Position numbers and translations under genes: made by a program
Shown here: in pieces, positions 36,361-50,000 of the stretch
Numbering within the stretch: position 1 is the first letter of the stretch
Layout: each line of letters opens with the position of its first letter
Notes under the pieces: generated by a model
Seen by the model: only the letters and a program-made list of their open reading frames with translations
The model's database searches: none
Told to the model about the DNA's origin: nothing
NCBI GenBank assembly: GCA_973895155.1
Contig: OZ316894.1
Location: forward strand, 20,590,451-20,654,450
Source of the DNA: Marsupella aquatica
Taxonomy: Eukaryota; Plantae; Marchantiophyta
Reading direction: 5' to 3'
Length of the DNA: 64,000 bases

Positions 36361-39300
36361 CTACTTGTGATGCAATTGCAAAACCTGCAATACGTCACGG
36401 TGTCTAGAGAAACTCTCCAAAGGAATCACTTTGGTAAATGCGTCAACCGGGTTGAGTTTACCATCAATCTTGACTAGCTCAAACAAATTATCAGACACAG
36501 CCTGCCTGATAAAATGGTACCTGACGTCAATGTGCTTCACTCTGCTGTCCATCACCTGGTTCACAACAAGGTGGAGCGCACTTTGACTATCACAATGGAG
36601 CTTCACATTCCCCTGTGGCAATCCCATTTCAGTGATAAGTCTATCCAACCAAATCGCTTCCTTTGCTGCTTCCGCAGCTGCAACATACTCCGCTTCTGTA
36701 GTAGACTGAGCAATACACTTCTGCAAAGTAGACCTCCAACTTATGCATCCACCGCCAAGTGTGAACACGTATCCTGTTGTTGATCTCCTTCGGTCCAAAT
36801 CTTGTCTATAGTCAGAATCTACATAGCTAATCAATGATCTAGCATTCTTTGCATTCGCATCAAATAAAAGACCATGATCCACGGTACCCTTCAAGTACCT
36901 GATAATCCACTTCACTGCTTCCCAGTGTACCTTCCCTGGATTCGACATGTACCTGCTCACCTTGCCCATAGCCATGGCAAGATCAGGTCTAGTGCAAGTC
37001 ATCAAATACATGAGACTCCCCACTGCCTTGTCATATGGAACCTTTGACATCAACCCCTTCTCTGTGTCATCCGTAGGACAGAACGCTGATGATAACTTGA
37101 AGTGTGGAGCCAACGGGGTACTTACTGGCTTGCTATTCTCCATGTTGAACCTTGCAATTACCTTCCTCGCATAACTGCTCTGCGTCAACCATAGCTTGCC
37201 AGCCTCCAAGTCCCTAGTGATCTCCATACCCAAAATCCTCTTAGCTGGCCCTAAGTCCTTCATCTTAAACTCTGCACTAAGCAGTGCCTTGAGCTTAACA
37301 ATCTCAGACCTATCCTTGGCTGCAATTAGCATGTCATCCACATAAAGTACTAAAACAATGAACCCAAAGACAATATTCTTCACCAGTTTCAAATACACAC
37401 AAGGGTCAAATACACTTCTGTGAAAACCTTGTGACCGAATCCAATCGTCAAACCGCTTGTTCCACTGTCTTGGTGACTGCTTCAACCCATACAAGGATTT
37501 CAGCAATCTGCAAACCAATTCCTCCTGTCCTCTCTTCACAAAACCTAGCGGTTGTCTCATGAAGATCACCTCTTCCAATGTGCCATAGAGGAAAGTTGTG
37601 ACAACATCCATCTGATCTAGGAGCAGACCAAACATTACAACAAGTACACACAATAGTCGTATTGTAGAGTACTTAGCAACTGGTGAGAAGACCTCATTGT
37701 AATCCACACCTTTCTCTTGTGTGAATCCCTTTGCTACCAATCTAGCCTTGTAGACCTTCGATCCACCTCCTATGGAATTATCCTTCAGCTTGTAAATCCA
37801 CTTGCTGTCCACCACTTGCTGACCCTTAAGCAGCTTAACAAGCTCCCAAGTTTTGTTGTCCTTTAGTGACTGCATCTCCGTTTGCATTGCTGCAGTCCAC
37901 TTCTGCTTCTCCTTTGAAGCACTTGCCTCATAAAATGAAGAAGGTTCTCCTTCTTCCAAAATTAACGCATCACCCTCATCATCAGCTATAAAATCATCCT
38001 CTTGCAGTTGAGATGAATCAACCCACTGTCCATACCTTGGTGGAGCGCGTACAGTACGACCAGATATTCTTCTAGCGATGACTCCGGTTGATCTACGTGT
38101 GCTGGTACAATTTGAAGCTCAACAGCATCCACTTGCTGCTCACCAGCATCAACAAGCTCCTCTGGTTCCTCTGGCACAGGAACCAGCTCCATAATTGGAG
38201 CAACTCCTTCTCTCCGGTCATGCACCTCATAACCAATCTCCCCCTCAACGAGATCCGGGATAGGAGATTTTCCTTTGTCAGTACGGGAGACCTGAGTATT
38301 CTCCCCCTCCTTCAATAATCTGGATTCATTGAAGGAAACATCCCTACTAACAACGAGCTTACAGGCAATAGGATCCCATAGCCTATAGGCTTTCACACCA
38401 CTCTGGTACCCAAGAAAAACACATTTCCTGGAGGTAGGATCCAACTTGGTCCTATTCTGCTTTGGTGTGAGAGCATATGCATCACTTCCAAAAACTACCA
38501 AGCCATGATAGTCTGCTTGCTGCTTATAGCGCATCTCAAACGGCGTTTTGAAATTGATAGCACTAGAAGGAGAAAGATTTACCAAATAAGCTGCGGTATT
38601 GACAGCTTCTGCCCAAAATTCTTGTGGTAAACCTGATTGGCTCAACATACTCCGTGACCGCTCCAACAGTGTCCGATTGAGCCTCTCAGCGACACCATTC
38701 TGCTGCGGAGTATAAACTGTGGTGAGATGGCGAGTTATCCCCTGTTCTGAACAGTACTCTTCAAATTCCATTGAAGTGTACTCCCCGCCGTTGTCTGACC
38801 TCAGACTCTTCACCCTTGTATCCAAACACTTGATCGTGTTTCCAGTCTGATTCTCCACCTGGGCCTTCCACTTCTTAAAAATGGACAAGACATGAGACTT
38901 ATGCGTCATGAAATAAATCCACACAAATCTTGAGTAATCATCAATAAATGATACATAGTACAACTTTCCAGAGTGTGAGGGAGTTGGGGATGGACCCCAC
39001 ACGTCACTATGTATGTACTCAAGAACCGCTTTGGAACGATGAGTTCCAACACCAAAAGCACGACGATGCTGCTTTCCAAGAATGCAATGCTCACAAAACT
39101 CTAATTTACAAGATTGCAAATCAGAAATGAGTCCATTCTTCCGTAAGATAGCCAAACCCTTCTCACTCATGTGGCCTAGCCGTGAATGCCACAATTGAGT
39201 CATCTCCTTGTGAGACTTGGTTACATTGGCCTCTCCACATACAGTATTGCCCTGTAACACATACAAATTCTTTTGTCTACTCCCCTTCAAAATCACTGTC

Positions 39301-39632
39301 TCTCCCGACCTGACTTGAAGTTCACCATCAATAACGCTCCATTGATGACCATTTGAATCCAACACACCGAGTGAAATCAGATTCTTACGCATGCCAGGTA
39401 CATACCTGACTCCGGATACTGTGCGCACAGTGCCATCAAACATTTGAATCTTCACAGACCCAATTCCCTCAATTTGACAGGAGTGATCATTTCCCATCAG
39501 AACTGAACCGTTTGAAACAGAGTAAGAACTGAAAAACTCACGAATGTAACAAATATGAAAAGAGCAAGCACAATCAAGAATCCACACATCATCTGCTCTC
39601 CTAGATGACGTGCACAGGGCATACCCCCGGCT
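36361..39632 (-). pseudogene. pol: Copia pol (PR-INT-RT-RH) with a single 1-bp deletion near 38076
   Basis: ORFs 37986-39587 and 36361-37959 carry all motifs. Copy 1 tcatcggctaga vs copy 2 tcatcgctaga. Confidence 0.93.
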
Positions 39633-40667
39633 TCATAAAACATACTCATCATTGAGTAAATCAGCTTCTCCATCAGCCCTAGCCACATTTGCCGATGAAG
39701 TTTCCGCTGCCTTTCCCTTACAGTCTTGCTTGAAGTGTCCAACTTGGTTGCACTTCCAACATGTCACCTGCCTCCTCTGAGGGGATTTACCCTTGGACTT
39801 AGATCTGGATTTAGATCTAAACTGGGTTCTACGGTCCCCAGTTGGTCGCTGCATACTCCTCCCACGGTTAACATTGAGGGCAGCACCAGATGATGAAGGC
39901 TGTGACGTGATGTGCATCTTCTGCTGAAGATCATCACTAAGCAGAGAACTTACCACGTCATTGTATGAAATGGTATCCCTATCACGATGCAACAACACTC
40001 GTGATAGGGACTGGTAAGATGGAGGCAATGAACTAAGAAGCTGCAGAGCCTTCGTCTCATCATTCAAAGTCTCCCCAAGGTTTTCCAAGTCAACAACCAT
40101 GTCGTTGAAAGCATCCACATGGTCTTGCAACTTCGTACCAGATTCCTTCATCCTGAAACTCATCAGTTTGTAGGAAGTGTAGAGCCGGTTCGACAACTCC
40201 TTGCGGTGATACTTGCTCTGCAATTCCGCAAACAAGGACATGCAATCCTTATGTGCACCCAACTGCTTGATGATGGGAGGCATGAGATAGAGTGTAACAC
40301 ACCACACTCCCTGCTCCTGCATGCGGTCCCATTGTTTCTCATCAACATCGTCTTCACGAGGGCTCAGCAGTTGGCCCATCCCTGACGCATAAAGCACTCC
40401 CTTCACCTGCTTCTCCCATAGCAAGTAGTCAGAGCGCCCATCATACTTTGTCACTTCATACTTGGGTCCCCCAAGCTTGAAAGTCCCCATCTTCTTCTTT
40501 ACCGTGAGCTCCGGTAGTAGTACTGCTTCCTCCACCACACGCCGCACCGGTGATGGTATCGGTGTCACGTGCTCTTCCTCTTGCTCCTCTCTCTGCCCCT
40601 GAAACCTCCACGGTGATCCTCGTGCTTCAAGTTCCACGTCTTCAAAAAACTCCTCCGAATCACTCAT
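39633..40667 (-). CDS. gag: Copia Gag
   Basis: 344 aa, nearly identical to copy 1. Ends in an in-frame TGA. Confidence 0.93.
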   Translation of the reverse strand: MSDSEEFFEDVELEARGSPWRFQGQREEQEEEHVTPIPSPVRRVVEEAVLLPELTVKKKMGTFKLGGPKYEVTKYDGRSDYLLWEKQVKGVLYASGMGQLLSPREDDVDEKQWDRMQEQGVWCVTLYLMPPIIKQLGAHKDCMSLFAELQSKYHRKELSNRLYTSYKLMSFRMKESGTKLQDHVDAFNDMVVDLENLGETLNDETKALQLLSSLPPSYQSLSRVLLHRDRDTISYNDVVSSLLSDDLQQKMHITSQPSSSGAALNVNRGRSMQRPTGDRRTQFRSKSRSKSKGKSPQRRQVTCWKCNQVGHFKQDCKGKAAETSSANVARADGEADLLNDEYVL

Positions 40668-41807
40668 ATGAGAAAGTCACAAAAAATGTTGTTTTTCACA
40701 ACTTCTCAAAAAACTTGAAACTCAACACCGCCGCGTAGCCCACAAAGCTAGGAGTCCAATACTGAAAACCGAAATCAAAATCGAAATTTGACGGAAAAGT
40801 TATTCAAATTTCGGTCGAGGTGGGTAAAACCTTGGGAAACTCCCCCGTTTTGACCACCTCAGGGAATAACCGAAATACCAAGTACAACCCGTTGTCGGAA
40901 TTGCGATGTGATTGGTGCGCTGCATTGCCAACTTCAATGGCTACGACCTCGCCGAAAAATAACCAAAAAAGTTACCGTTCAACGGATGAAATCTTTGTCG
41001 GACGGTCAAAAAATAGCTCTCTGGTTTTTTGGAATATTCTATGACCCTTGTACAGGCCCTATGGGAATTTTGGAAGAACAATCGAGGGGCTGACATGTGT
41101 CCTCGAACCCCCAAAACCCCCTACCACCTTTCGTCGTCGAAATCTGGTCGCGCGCGCAGAAAATACACACGGCAGAATGTACCCCTCGACACCAAATGCA
41201 AGATATCTCACTCGGGTTTTGACGAAATCAAGATCCAATTTCAGATTTGGAAACTAGACTCCGAGGCGATGAAGATCGATATAAGAAGCACCCAAAACGA
41301 GGAAAGAACGAGGGAGAAAAAAATTGGTAAAGATGACAGATTTCTCTCAATTGCCATAGCCAATTTCGAATCAGTTTTTCAAAGAGAAAAAAATGGTACC
41401 TTGTCAACAACGAATGTTGATCAATTGCACTTGGTGCCGTCACCAAGTCCAACAAGGTAATTGATTTTGCTTAGCCTTCCTCTTTGCATCAAAGAGCCAA
41501 TCCCGGACTCAAAAATAATCGTCTTGCCTCAATCTCTCCGTTGAGTCAAAACACTTGACGCTTCTCCCTCCGAGTCGATTGCCAACTTTCTTCACAAAAT
41601 CCAGAATGACAAAAACTTAGATCTCTCTACACCACGAGCTCCGTTCAATGATTTATTCACACCGTTAGAAAGCTCTTGCCCTGATCTATCCGTTGAGCCC
41701 ATAAACTCCAAGTTCCATGCGATGGAACTCTGGAAAATCCACCAACACTCAACGCTGGAAAAACCGTCATGAAATCCTGTCACGAACACACGTCACCTCC
41801 CAAGCAT

Positions 41808-41819
41808 GCTCTGATACCA
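41808..41819 (-). promoter_or_regulatory. Primer binding site (tRNA-iMet)
   Basis: gctctgatacca on + strand. Confidence 0.95.
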
Positions 41820-41821
41820 AT

Positions 41822-42242
41822 TGTTGAGCATAGACGACGATCGCAACGGCAAGCCCATGAACCATCCAACGCACAATAGTCGACACAAGAGATACGTGGT
41901 TCACCTCCTTGAGGCTACGTCCACGGGAACACACAAGAGAGCTTTACTGAACTCTAAGCCCGTCGGCTATACCGAGTCTCCACAGTGTAAGCTCTCCCTA
42001 TCTCTCAAGTGGCTCCATAACAATGAGCCTTGGTTCTAACTCTCCAAGCACACATGCCTCTTATGATACAGTGTGCAACTTAGTTGTACCTAACCACATA
42101 GTTGTACCTAATCACGTAGTTGTACCTAACCACATAGTTGTACCTAATCACGTAGTTGTACCTAACCACGTAGTTGTACCAACCCACGTTGTTATACCAA
42201 CCATGTCATACCTAACCTAGACGTAAGAGTAAATACCCAACA
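41822..42242 (-). repeat. 5' LTR of copia copy 2 (421 bp)
   Basis: TG...CA termini, adjacent to the PBS. Confidence 0.97.
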
Positions 42243-42800
42243 TTGAAGGGGCTAATAAGAGGGGAGGAATTTAAAAAGGAGGCGAGGAATAGTTGTTAAG
42301 AAATTAAGAAATCTTATTCTTCACCTGAGAGTACCTACTCTTTTGAAGGGGCTAAGTAAGAGGGGAGGAATAAAAAGGAGGGGACTCTAAATTTTGTGTT
42401 TCTATTTCTTCTTCATATGTTTGTTTAGGAGAAATGATGGACATGGAACACATGGATGATTGCTTTTAGATTATTTTCTTTGTTTGAGGGTGGACTATAG
42501 AGGATTAAGGGTATATATGTTAAAGGAGGGGAGGAATAAAAAGACAAAAAAAAAGACATTTGTATTCCTTGGTGGGGATGGAGAAGGTTACCTTAAGGGG
42601 AGGGATAAAAAAGTTTAAAGGAATATTCTTTTTAATTGTTGAGATATGATCTTTTAGGGTGGAGGTTTAAGGGTATTTTAAGGGGAGAAATAAAAAAGAC
42701 AAAAAGGGAGAGTTTTTTTATTTTTATAAAACTTTTGTTCAGAATGGTCTTTGTTTTTATCCTTTTTCTTGCGAGAGGGGGCTCACACTATTTGAGGGAG
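42243..42800 (+). repeat. Purine-rich degenerate repeat (ttttgaaggggctaa.taagaggggaggaataaaaa), continuing from ~35620-35748
   Basis: The same motif occurs on both sides of the copia 2 insertion. Confidence 0.6.
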
Positions 42801-45608
42801 TTTTTAATAAAGTAACAAATATGAAGTGAAAATCAAAATGGAAAAACAAATTCTTTTTTTCTTTGTCTAAACTTCTCATGCATTTATAAGCACAAATCTA
42901 GATTTTTGTTTGAGTTATTATAGGAGAATGGGTTCCAGGGTGTACTTTTACTTAGGTTAGGTGTGATATTGATCAGGACCTAATTAGGTGATTGGGCTAA
43001 ACTATGTTCAGTTTTTGTGATGGGTGCCCAAAAATGTCTTCAAAAGTTTTTCTCCGCAAGGTACTGTCTCTGCAAAGTACTCTATATTGTTTTTCTTGGC
43101 AAGACTCATCCACAGCAAATTCCACTTCTTTGACGTTTATCTGTTTTTGCACAAATGAACTCAACAACAGGATGCAAAGCCATCCAAAAAAGTTCATGAG
43201 AGAAAACTCAAAAGTCCATCTCTACATCATTTGAATCGTGCCCAACTATATTATGCTGGACAGGTCAAAACTACCAAGTGGGACCTGATAGGGCTAGGGC
43301 TCAAATGGATATTGTACAATAAAATAAAATGAAATTAATAACCTATTGCTCAAGGGCATTAATTGTGTTCATCTTCATTCTATTGTTGTAGAGTTGCCAA
43401 AATCCTATGACTTAACCATGTATTAGTTTATGCATAGGCAAGTTACAGCAGTTTGGGTACATAATACCCCGCATACCTTCAAGAATGTAATCCATGCATA
43501 CATCCTTATCTGCTAATTGTTTACATGGTTGTGAAACAAATTTTATGGTGCTTGTATGCCAAGTGGTCAGATTTCATATCAAATTGAAAGATCACAAAAT
43601 ACAATAAAGTAGAGTGAAAACTTCAAGTTTTATCAGATGTGAGTTCACTCTATGTCACTCTCTAATTAGTCAATTTGGTTCCAAAGTCGAGTGAACCACA
43701 AAAGACGTTGTTAGAGAATGAGTTGACAAATGTTTTGATACAAAGAACCCGTACACAAAGATAGAGGAATTATTTTCATGATGCATCGTTCACTTGAACT
43801 TAATTCAAGATAACTCCTGGTTTTTCAAGAATACTTGAAAAATGTCATATAGTCATATCTGAATTATTTTCATCCGCAAAATTAATCAAACGCAGAATAA
43901 AACAACCATTTACTTAACAAATCTAGAAGATGTGTAATGGTTCAGCCTTTGTGATCAACCCCTTCGGTCACGGGCCTGGTATAGTTTAGATTTTCTACTG
44001 GCACCTCTAAATTTTTTAATCTTTGCTACATTTAAGAGCATCCGCCCTTTAACAAAGGGCATGGAATTGCTAGCCCTTATTCTCATGAGGGATGGAGAAA
44101 TTCTGAATTATGTGCACTCCTTGTGTCTTTAAGTTCTCCTCATGGTCTAGCTTGTTTACTAAATTTATGGTTTCAATTAATTTCAACGTCATTACCTAAG
44201 GTAAGTACATAAGTATCTCTACTTGTGTACATTATGTGCACAGCCCCATACCATAGACTTGAACTTTTCCTGGTCAATATGTCCCGTTTATATTAATTTT
44301 CCACAAGAAAATTAGATCACCTGCATATCACTAAAAAATTAAAAATGAAGCATGTAATATCAATTTTCAGTTTACTTTGTTTTGTACACTATATAGCTGC
44401 TTGTTACTATGTGCATCCTATATGCTCATTTTTTTATAAATTTCATTCATACCTTGTGAATTCAATTTATTAATGCCTCGTGTACTAAGGTAAAGAATAA
44501 AATTATTGTTTAAGTGATATTGTGTAAATATCCTGAAATACTGTACCTAGGTGCTCACATCTAAAACAAATATCACGAAAATGACATCATGGAAATGCTC
44601 ACGTCTAAGGTGACTATTTACTAAAGTTCAGATAAGACTATGGTTTAGAGAAATACTTTCAAGTATGAGTAATTCCAAAAGATTGAGAGAAAATAACTTT
44701 ACCTTAGCTGTTAAAGGTTATGGGCCGGCATGAAAAAGGTGCAGACTACCAAAGGCATGATCCATTCCTACTAATAAGAAAGGGTTATATACCATGACCA
44801 TATGCGCCCCCCTTGCCTGCTCCATGCATCCAGTCCAGACGTCTTCATTGTTTGGCGGCCATTACAGGCCTACATCTACCACGTCTACCGCATATATTGG
44901 CTGCGTAGGCAAACGTATAATTCAAACTTATTATTAATTATGGTTTGTTTCCCTGGCCTGCTACGGCTAACCGGGCGATGTTGACGGTTGTCATTGTATC
45001 ACACTCTCTTGGAACGTCAAAAAAATTATAATTGTTGTCAGCCTTGCCGTACACATGCACGTTTATGTCGGGTTTAGCCCACGGCACATGCATGTAGTAA
45101 TTATGATTACACCCCCATTTTGGTACTAGTACAACACTCATCATGTCTCCAATCGTAGCTTACCAAGCTAAGGGTGGTTTTACAAGACCGTATAGGCCAT
45201 TGTGACCACTGTAATCTCCTGTGTATACAACGCATTGTGACCACGTAGGTTCAGTGTGTCACTAAACTGCCTACACAACGATGTTGACGTTTGCAGTCAG
45301 ACGACGCACTTACGTCTCACGATTCAGTTTGGCGTGAAGAGTGAGGCACAATGAAAGATTTGATGGTGACATTAGATTTGACGACATACTCTTGCTTACT
45401 CGTGTGGAACTGTTGCGTGTGTAGCTGATCGAGATTGGGATGTGGATTCATTCTCGAGACTGAGCAACAACATAAAGCTTCCACAGAGCTTCCACATTCG
45501 CTTATGCGGCCGCATTTGTTATGCTTCCACATTCGTTGCAATTGACTGTTGTGTGCACATTTTGTTCTTTGCGCAATTGATCGTGCGCTTTTATGGGAGG
45601 CTAGCATA

Positions 45609-45962
45609 ATGGAAGAAGGTGGGCAAAACGTAGCTCAAATGGGAACGCCAGCTTCTAAGAGGAGGAAGTTGCCCCAGAAGTCGTCGGTGGACGCGAGGGT
45701 GGACTTTGTTCATGCTCATCAGTTTGTGAAAGATGAGGACGCTGCTCGACAAGAATTGGTGGTTTGTGGCCAATGGATCCGATCAGCTTGGCTACGGGAG
45801 GTGAAGATGGGCCCAACCGTAGAGGCAAACCTCAACGGCGCTGCGTCGACCAAGGAGTCAACGTTTGAAAAGGTCCCAAAACTGCAAGATTGGGGGAAGC
45901 TGGAAGAGCTCCTCAACTCGAAATTGGAAGAAATGTGCAAGGAGGTTTGCAGTTGCAAGTGA
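45609..45962 (+). CDS. Small uncharacterised ORF with basic NLS-like motif (PASKRRKLP)
   Basis: ATG at 45609 in a GC-richer, protein-like stretch. No family recognised. Confidence 0.3.
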   Translation: MEEGGQNVAQMGTPASKRRKLPQKSSVDARVDFVHAHQFVKDEDAARQELVVCGQWIRSAWLREVKMGPTVEANLNGAASTKESTFEKVPKLQDWGKLEELLNSKLEEMCKEVCSCK

Positions 45963-46164
45963 GGGGAGCATCGATTGCAGACGCAACATTAAAGGGCCGA
46001 GACTCTTGCCTTCTAGTCACTGTAGTTGTTTTGGCTGCTAAGTCTACTGTAGATTGTTGTATATAGAGGATTTGTAATCCACAGCTCTTGGCCGGGACGC
46101 AATGGTAGTCACAGTCGGTAGCTTACCAACTAGCTCACTTTTACTATTTTGTACTCCTTTTTTC

Positions 46165-46350
46165 TGGAATGTCTAAAGGTTTTATGGAATGTCTGAATCA
46201 AATGTCTGAAGCTATCTCAAATGAATCTTTTTTTATGGAATGTCTACAGCTATCTCAAATGAATCCTTTTTTATGGAATGTCGAAGCTGTCTCAATCCTT
46301 TTTTATGGAATGTTCACAGCTATCTCAATCCTTTCATGGAATGTGTGAAG
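46165..46350 (+). repeat. ~35-40-bp tandem repeat (tttatggaatgtc..(a/c)agctatctcaa..atcctttt)
   Basis: About 5 units seen. Confidence 0.8.
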
Positions 46351-46984
46351 CAACCGATCTGTTCTCATCGCGATTAGTTTGATGTCCTCCCGCCCTCCAC
46401 ATTGAAGACAACACAACAACGCGTCTACTTCTACATGTGACAAACCCACTTATGTTAGGTTCAGACATAATTTTCCATCAAGGCACAGTCACACTTCATG
46501 CCTAAATTTGTGGGTGTCTTGAATCTGCGATCGGACTACTGTCAGGACCATGTAGACGGATAAGCTCAGCCTCCCCTGCACCCTCTGTCCCGTAATTGCA
46601 CATGAAAGCGTGACAATGTAAGACACCATAGATCCAGTTTCAGAGTGTTATTTCTTCCAGACCTCATTGTTACAGAGGTATACCATACAAACACAACCAC
46701 AACCAAATGTGCAATGACAATAATAACCATCATATATACATAAGCGAATTAATAAAGTACAATTATATTTACTATCACTTTAGTCCTGGGTTGGACTGGA
46801 CTCAAGGTTTACATCTAAACCAAATATGGCAAAATTAAGCCAATGGTCCACATCTAGTGGTGCAACAGGTTGCCCCTTAGTTAATGTTACACCACCAGCA
46901 GTGCATAGCCTGGGTCATCGGTTGGACCTGAAGTACACAAATATGCATCAACCTATTGTTTGAGTAGTGTTGGAGCACACAAGG

Positions 46985-47050
46985 TGTTGGGTTATGCATG
47001 ATAGACTCTGAAAAATGCCCAAACATGTCGTCAACATCCTCATGAGTATG
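46985..47050 (-). pseudogene. Relic of Sola/DUF7869-like transposase catalytic segment
   Basis: Translates HTHEDVDDMFGHFSESIMHNPT vs HTHEDVDAMFGHFSKSLMRNPT in the 11525 ORF (18/22 identical). Confidence 0.85.
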
Positions 47051-50000
47051 TCAACACAACTAGCAATAAGGATATATGTCCTTCCATATGCAAAAATACA
47101 TTCACTTCACAATTACCCATTCACATATATATAATGGAAAGAGTGATTAGGTTTTATTATTTTAATTTAACTGATTCTTCCATGCAACATTGATTCATAC
47201 ATTGAACAATTGAATTTTTTAAATTTTTTTTCTCGGGAAATCCTTTTGTTTAAGAGTCATGGGGGAATGAGGGTGGGGAGCACTCTAACCCAAACAAACA
47301 AATTATATGTGGAAAAAAAGTTAGAGCCATAGAGTAACAAGGTAGCATGCAAGTATCAGTTCAAATGTCATAATTATTCTGTAGGTGCAAAAGCTAGACA
47401 GTCTGCTCGTTTTGTTCATTGTTGTTGTTGTCCCTAGGTACTCACTTATTTCTTCGTACCCATATATCTATAATGCATGAATTTAAGTATTAATTATTTG
47501 GTTACTTTAGTGATAGACTTATAAATTTATCATTAGAGGTGTTTTAATCAAGTTTTGAAAATTATAAGAATTAAATGGTTGTTAAGTTCAAATTGGGATG
47601 CCAATGCCTGAATATTCTAAATATTCAAGAAGAGGTTAAAAACATGAAATTAGTTTGAGTACCCTTTGGTTATGTAAGTTTGATGGTATTCAACAACTAA
47701 GTGAATTAAAACACATGAAGAGTTGCATATTGGAATAGGTTGAATATGGATCGAGATGAGAGGAAAAAATGAGTACATATTCATGGAAGAAGTGCATGCA
47801 CGTACAACCTACGTTACCTAGCTAGGTACTCCTATGTCCATAGGGTCCATATATGCAAAATGCTATAGAAGCCAAAGGGTCTAACTGTCTTTCTTTCACT
47901 TGTACGTTTCAAACACACACAGTCTTGTTGGTGCTTCCAGGGATTTTGGAATGAACTTCCCATGGGGGTCCATAAAACACTTTTACCTATGGTTGTTCTG
48001 AAAGTGTTGTTGTTGGGGAGAGCAAGGAAGTTAGAAGGACCGAGGAGTTGTTTTCAATTCATGGCTATAACAGGCTATTGCCCTGGGCCCCCACTTAACG
48101 TTAGTAATAATGGGTTGGACGTGCGAACGAATGAAGGGTGCAATTATAATTATGTAATAATACCCCCTAAACCCTTACAGTATTTCCAACCGTCGGGTAC
48201 CAAGATCTGGATAGATAATTTTTCCCCACTAATTTAGACTTGAATTTTGTTCATGTAACTTATCCCTTTATGAAATTTGGGCCATTTTCAAACTCTTGAG
48301 AGATTCTGTAACTCGTGCAAAAGTTAATTTGTTTTTGCACCAGCTAGACGTGGCAATGGTAAAATCAGAATTGATTTAAAACTAAGGACTGTTTTGGTAA
48401 AAACAAAATTGACTTAAAACTAAGAAAATGTTGCCACTGTAGAAATCCATGCAATCAAACATTTCAAAAGTCAACAAAGAAATAGGGGATGGAAAACTAT
48501 TTCTTGGTCTTCATTCCCTCTCCATGGGATTCTATATTATAGATGTAGAGAAGGTGAAGCCTTGCTACTCTCAATGATGGTGTAATGCATGGGAACTTGT
48601 TAAAGTACACTACACCCTCCCCCACGTACTTGACTACATTCATAAAAAACAATATCAGCCAGGCCCGTGACCGAGGGGTCAGTCACAAAGGCTGCCCGAC
48701 TAAATTACACGACGTACTACTACAGTAGTTGTTTTCAGAAAATGATTACTCTAAGGATCAAAACCATGTTGCGACAGTCATGCCCATTGTCATTTTCCAG
48801 TTATTGTTGATTTGCCTCATTCACAATTGGGTGTACCTCACAGGAACCACTTTCAGGACTCAAAAACATGTTTTTTTAGTGAAAAATGACTTTTGTAACA
48901 TGGAAAAAGCTTCATCATGATTTTATCTCAAGACATTTAAGTCTAATTTTTTCACAAGATTATTTTACATGGTGTAACCTACCTCACCATGTAGATAAAT
49001 CAAGTTTTTAACTTTTTTAAGGGATCCTATTATTGATGGCCCTAAATAAGCCAAAATTATTGATTATTTTTGTCCCGTACATAAAGGTTTAGTGTGTGTC
49101 AATATTTGAGTTTTAAAATATAAGATTATTCGATTAGTATGCATGCCTTGGTAAAATTCATTGTCTAAAATGCAAGTTTTAGAGTCCTTTTGAGTCCTGA
49201 AATGATGTGACTTGTTGCGTGACAAGTCCTTTTATCAATCTTTGAAGGACATATAAGGAAAGCTTCAAAGTCTCAAATGCTAGATAGTTTAATTAATGTT
49301 ACCAACCTACAGGATGTTTATTAAGTATAGTACATCAAATTTTGCATATCATCTCATTACACCTTACAAATGATGTCCTAAAGCATAATAAACTATGGTC
49401 ACTTCTAAGTGTGACCATCCTTTTGGGTCCTCCAATTGTGAATGAGGCCGAAAAACCAAGAGTTACCTGGAATTGAGTCCACTATGCTTTTGGACCAAAT
49501 TGGGTAATATGAGAGTGACATTGGGGTGACCTCACCCCTAGAAAAAGCAAAAGTTTTTACCCCAGGCAATTTGTCTCTTTAGTACTCTAGCACCACTAAT
49601 TAAGCAAGCACTATAATAATTCTCTTCATGACCATATATGTAAACAATTAGCAAATAAGTATGCCAAAGGGGATGCCTTCATGGATTATGTTCTTGAGGA
49701 CTGGTGCTGTACCCAAATTGCCCATGACTACAACAACTAAATATACAAGGTTGCATGATTTTGGCCACCCAACAACAATTGAGTGAATTTGAGCCCAATT
49801 AATACAAAAGCCGCCTCTGAGTTCAATGTCACAACGGAAATGGCGGCTCCCTCACTATTTTCTACCCTCGAAAGGTTATTAATTTACTTGCACACAGAAG
49901 TTGCAATTTGAGCCCTAGACCTCTGGGTTAGTCTTGAAAACTTGAGGCACGACTCAAATGATGTAGAGATGGAATTGCTGGTCCACCCTCGTAAACCTTA

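Larger units (their letters stand above)
35749..42242 (-). mobile_element. Full-length Ty1/copia LTR retrotransposon, copy 2 (young, one frameshift)
   Basis: 421-bp LTRs with one difference seen, TSD TTGAA (35744-35748 / 42243-42247), PBS 41808-41819. Same family as copy 1. Confidence 0.98.

Noticed and set aside
48608-48620. CACTACACC as the left TIR of the CACTA element
   Set aside because: No matching right end or TSD in the window; CACTA pentamers are frequent by chance.
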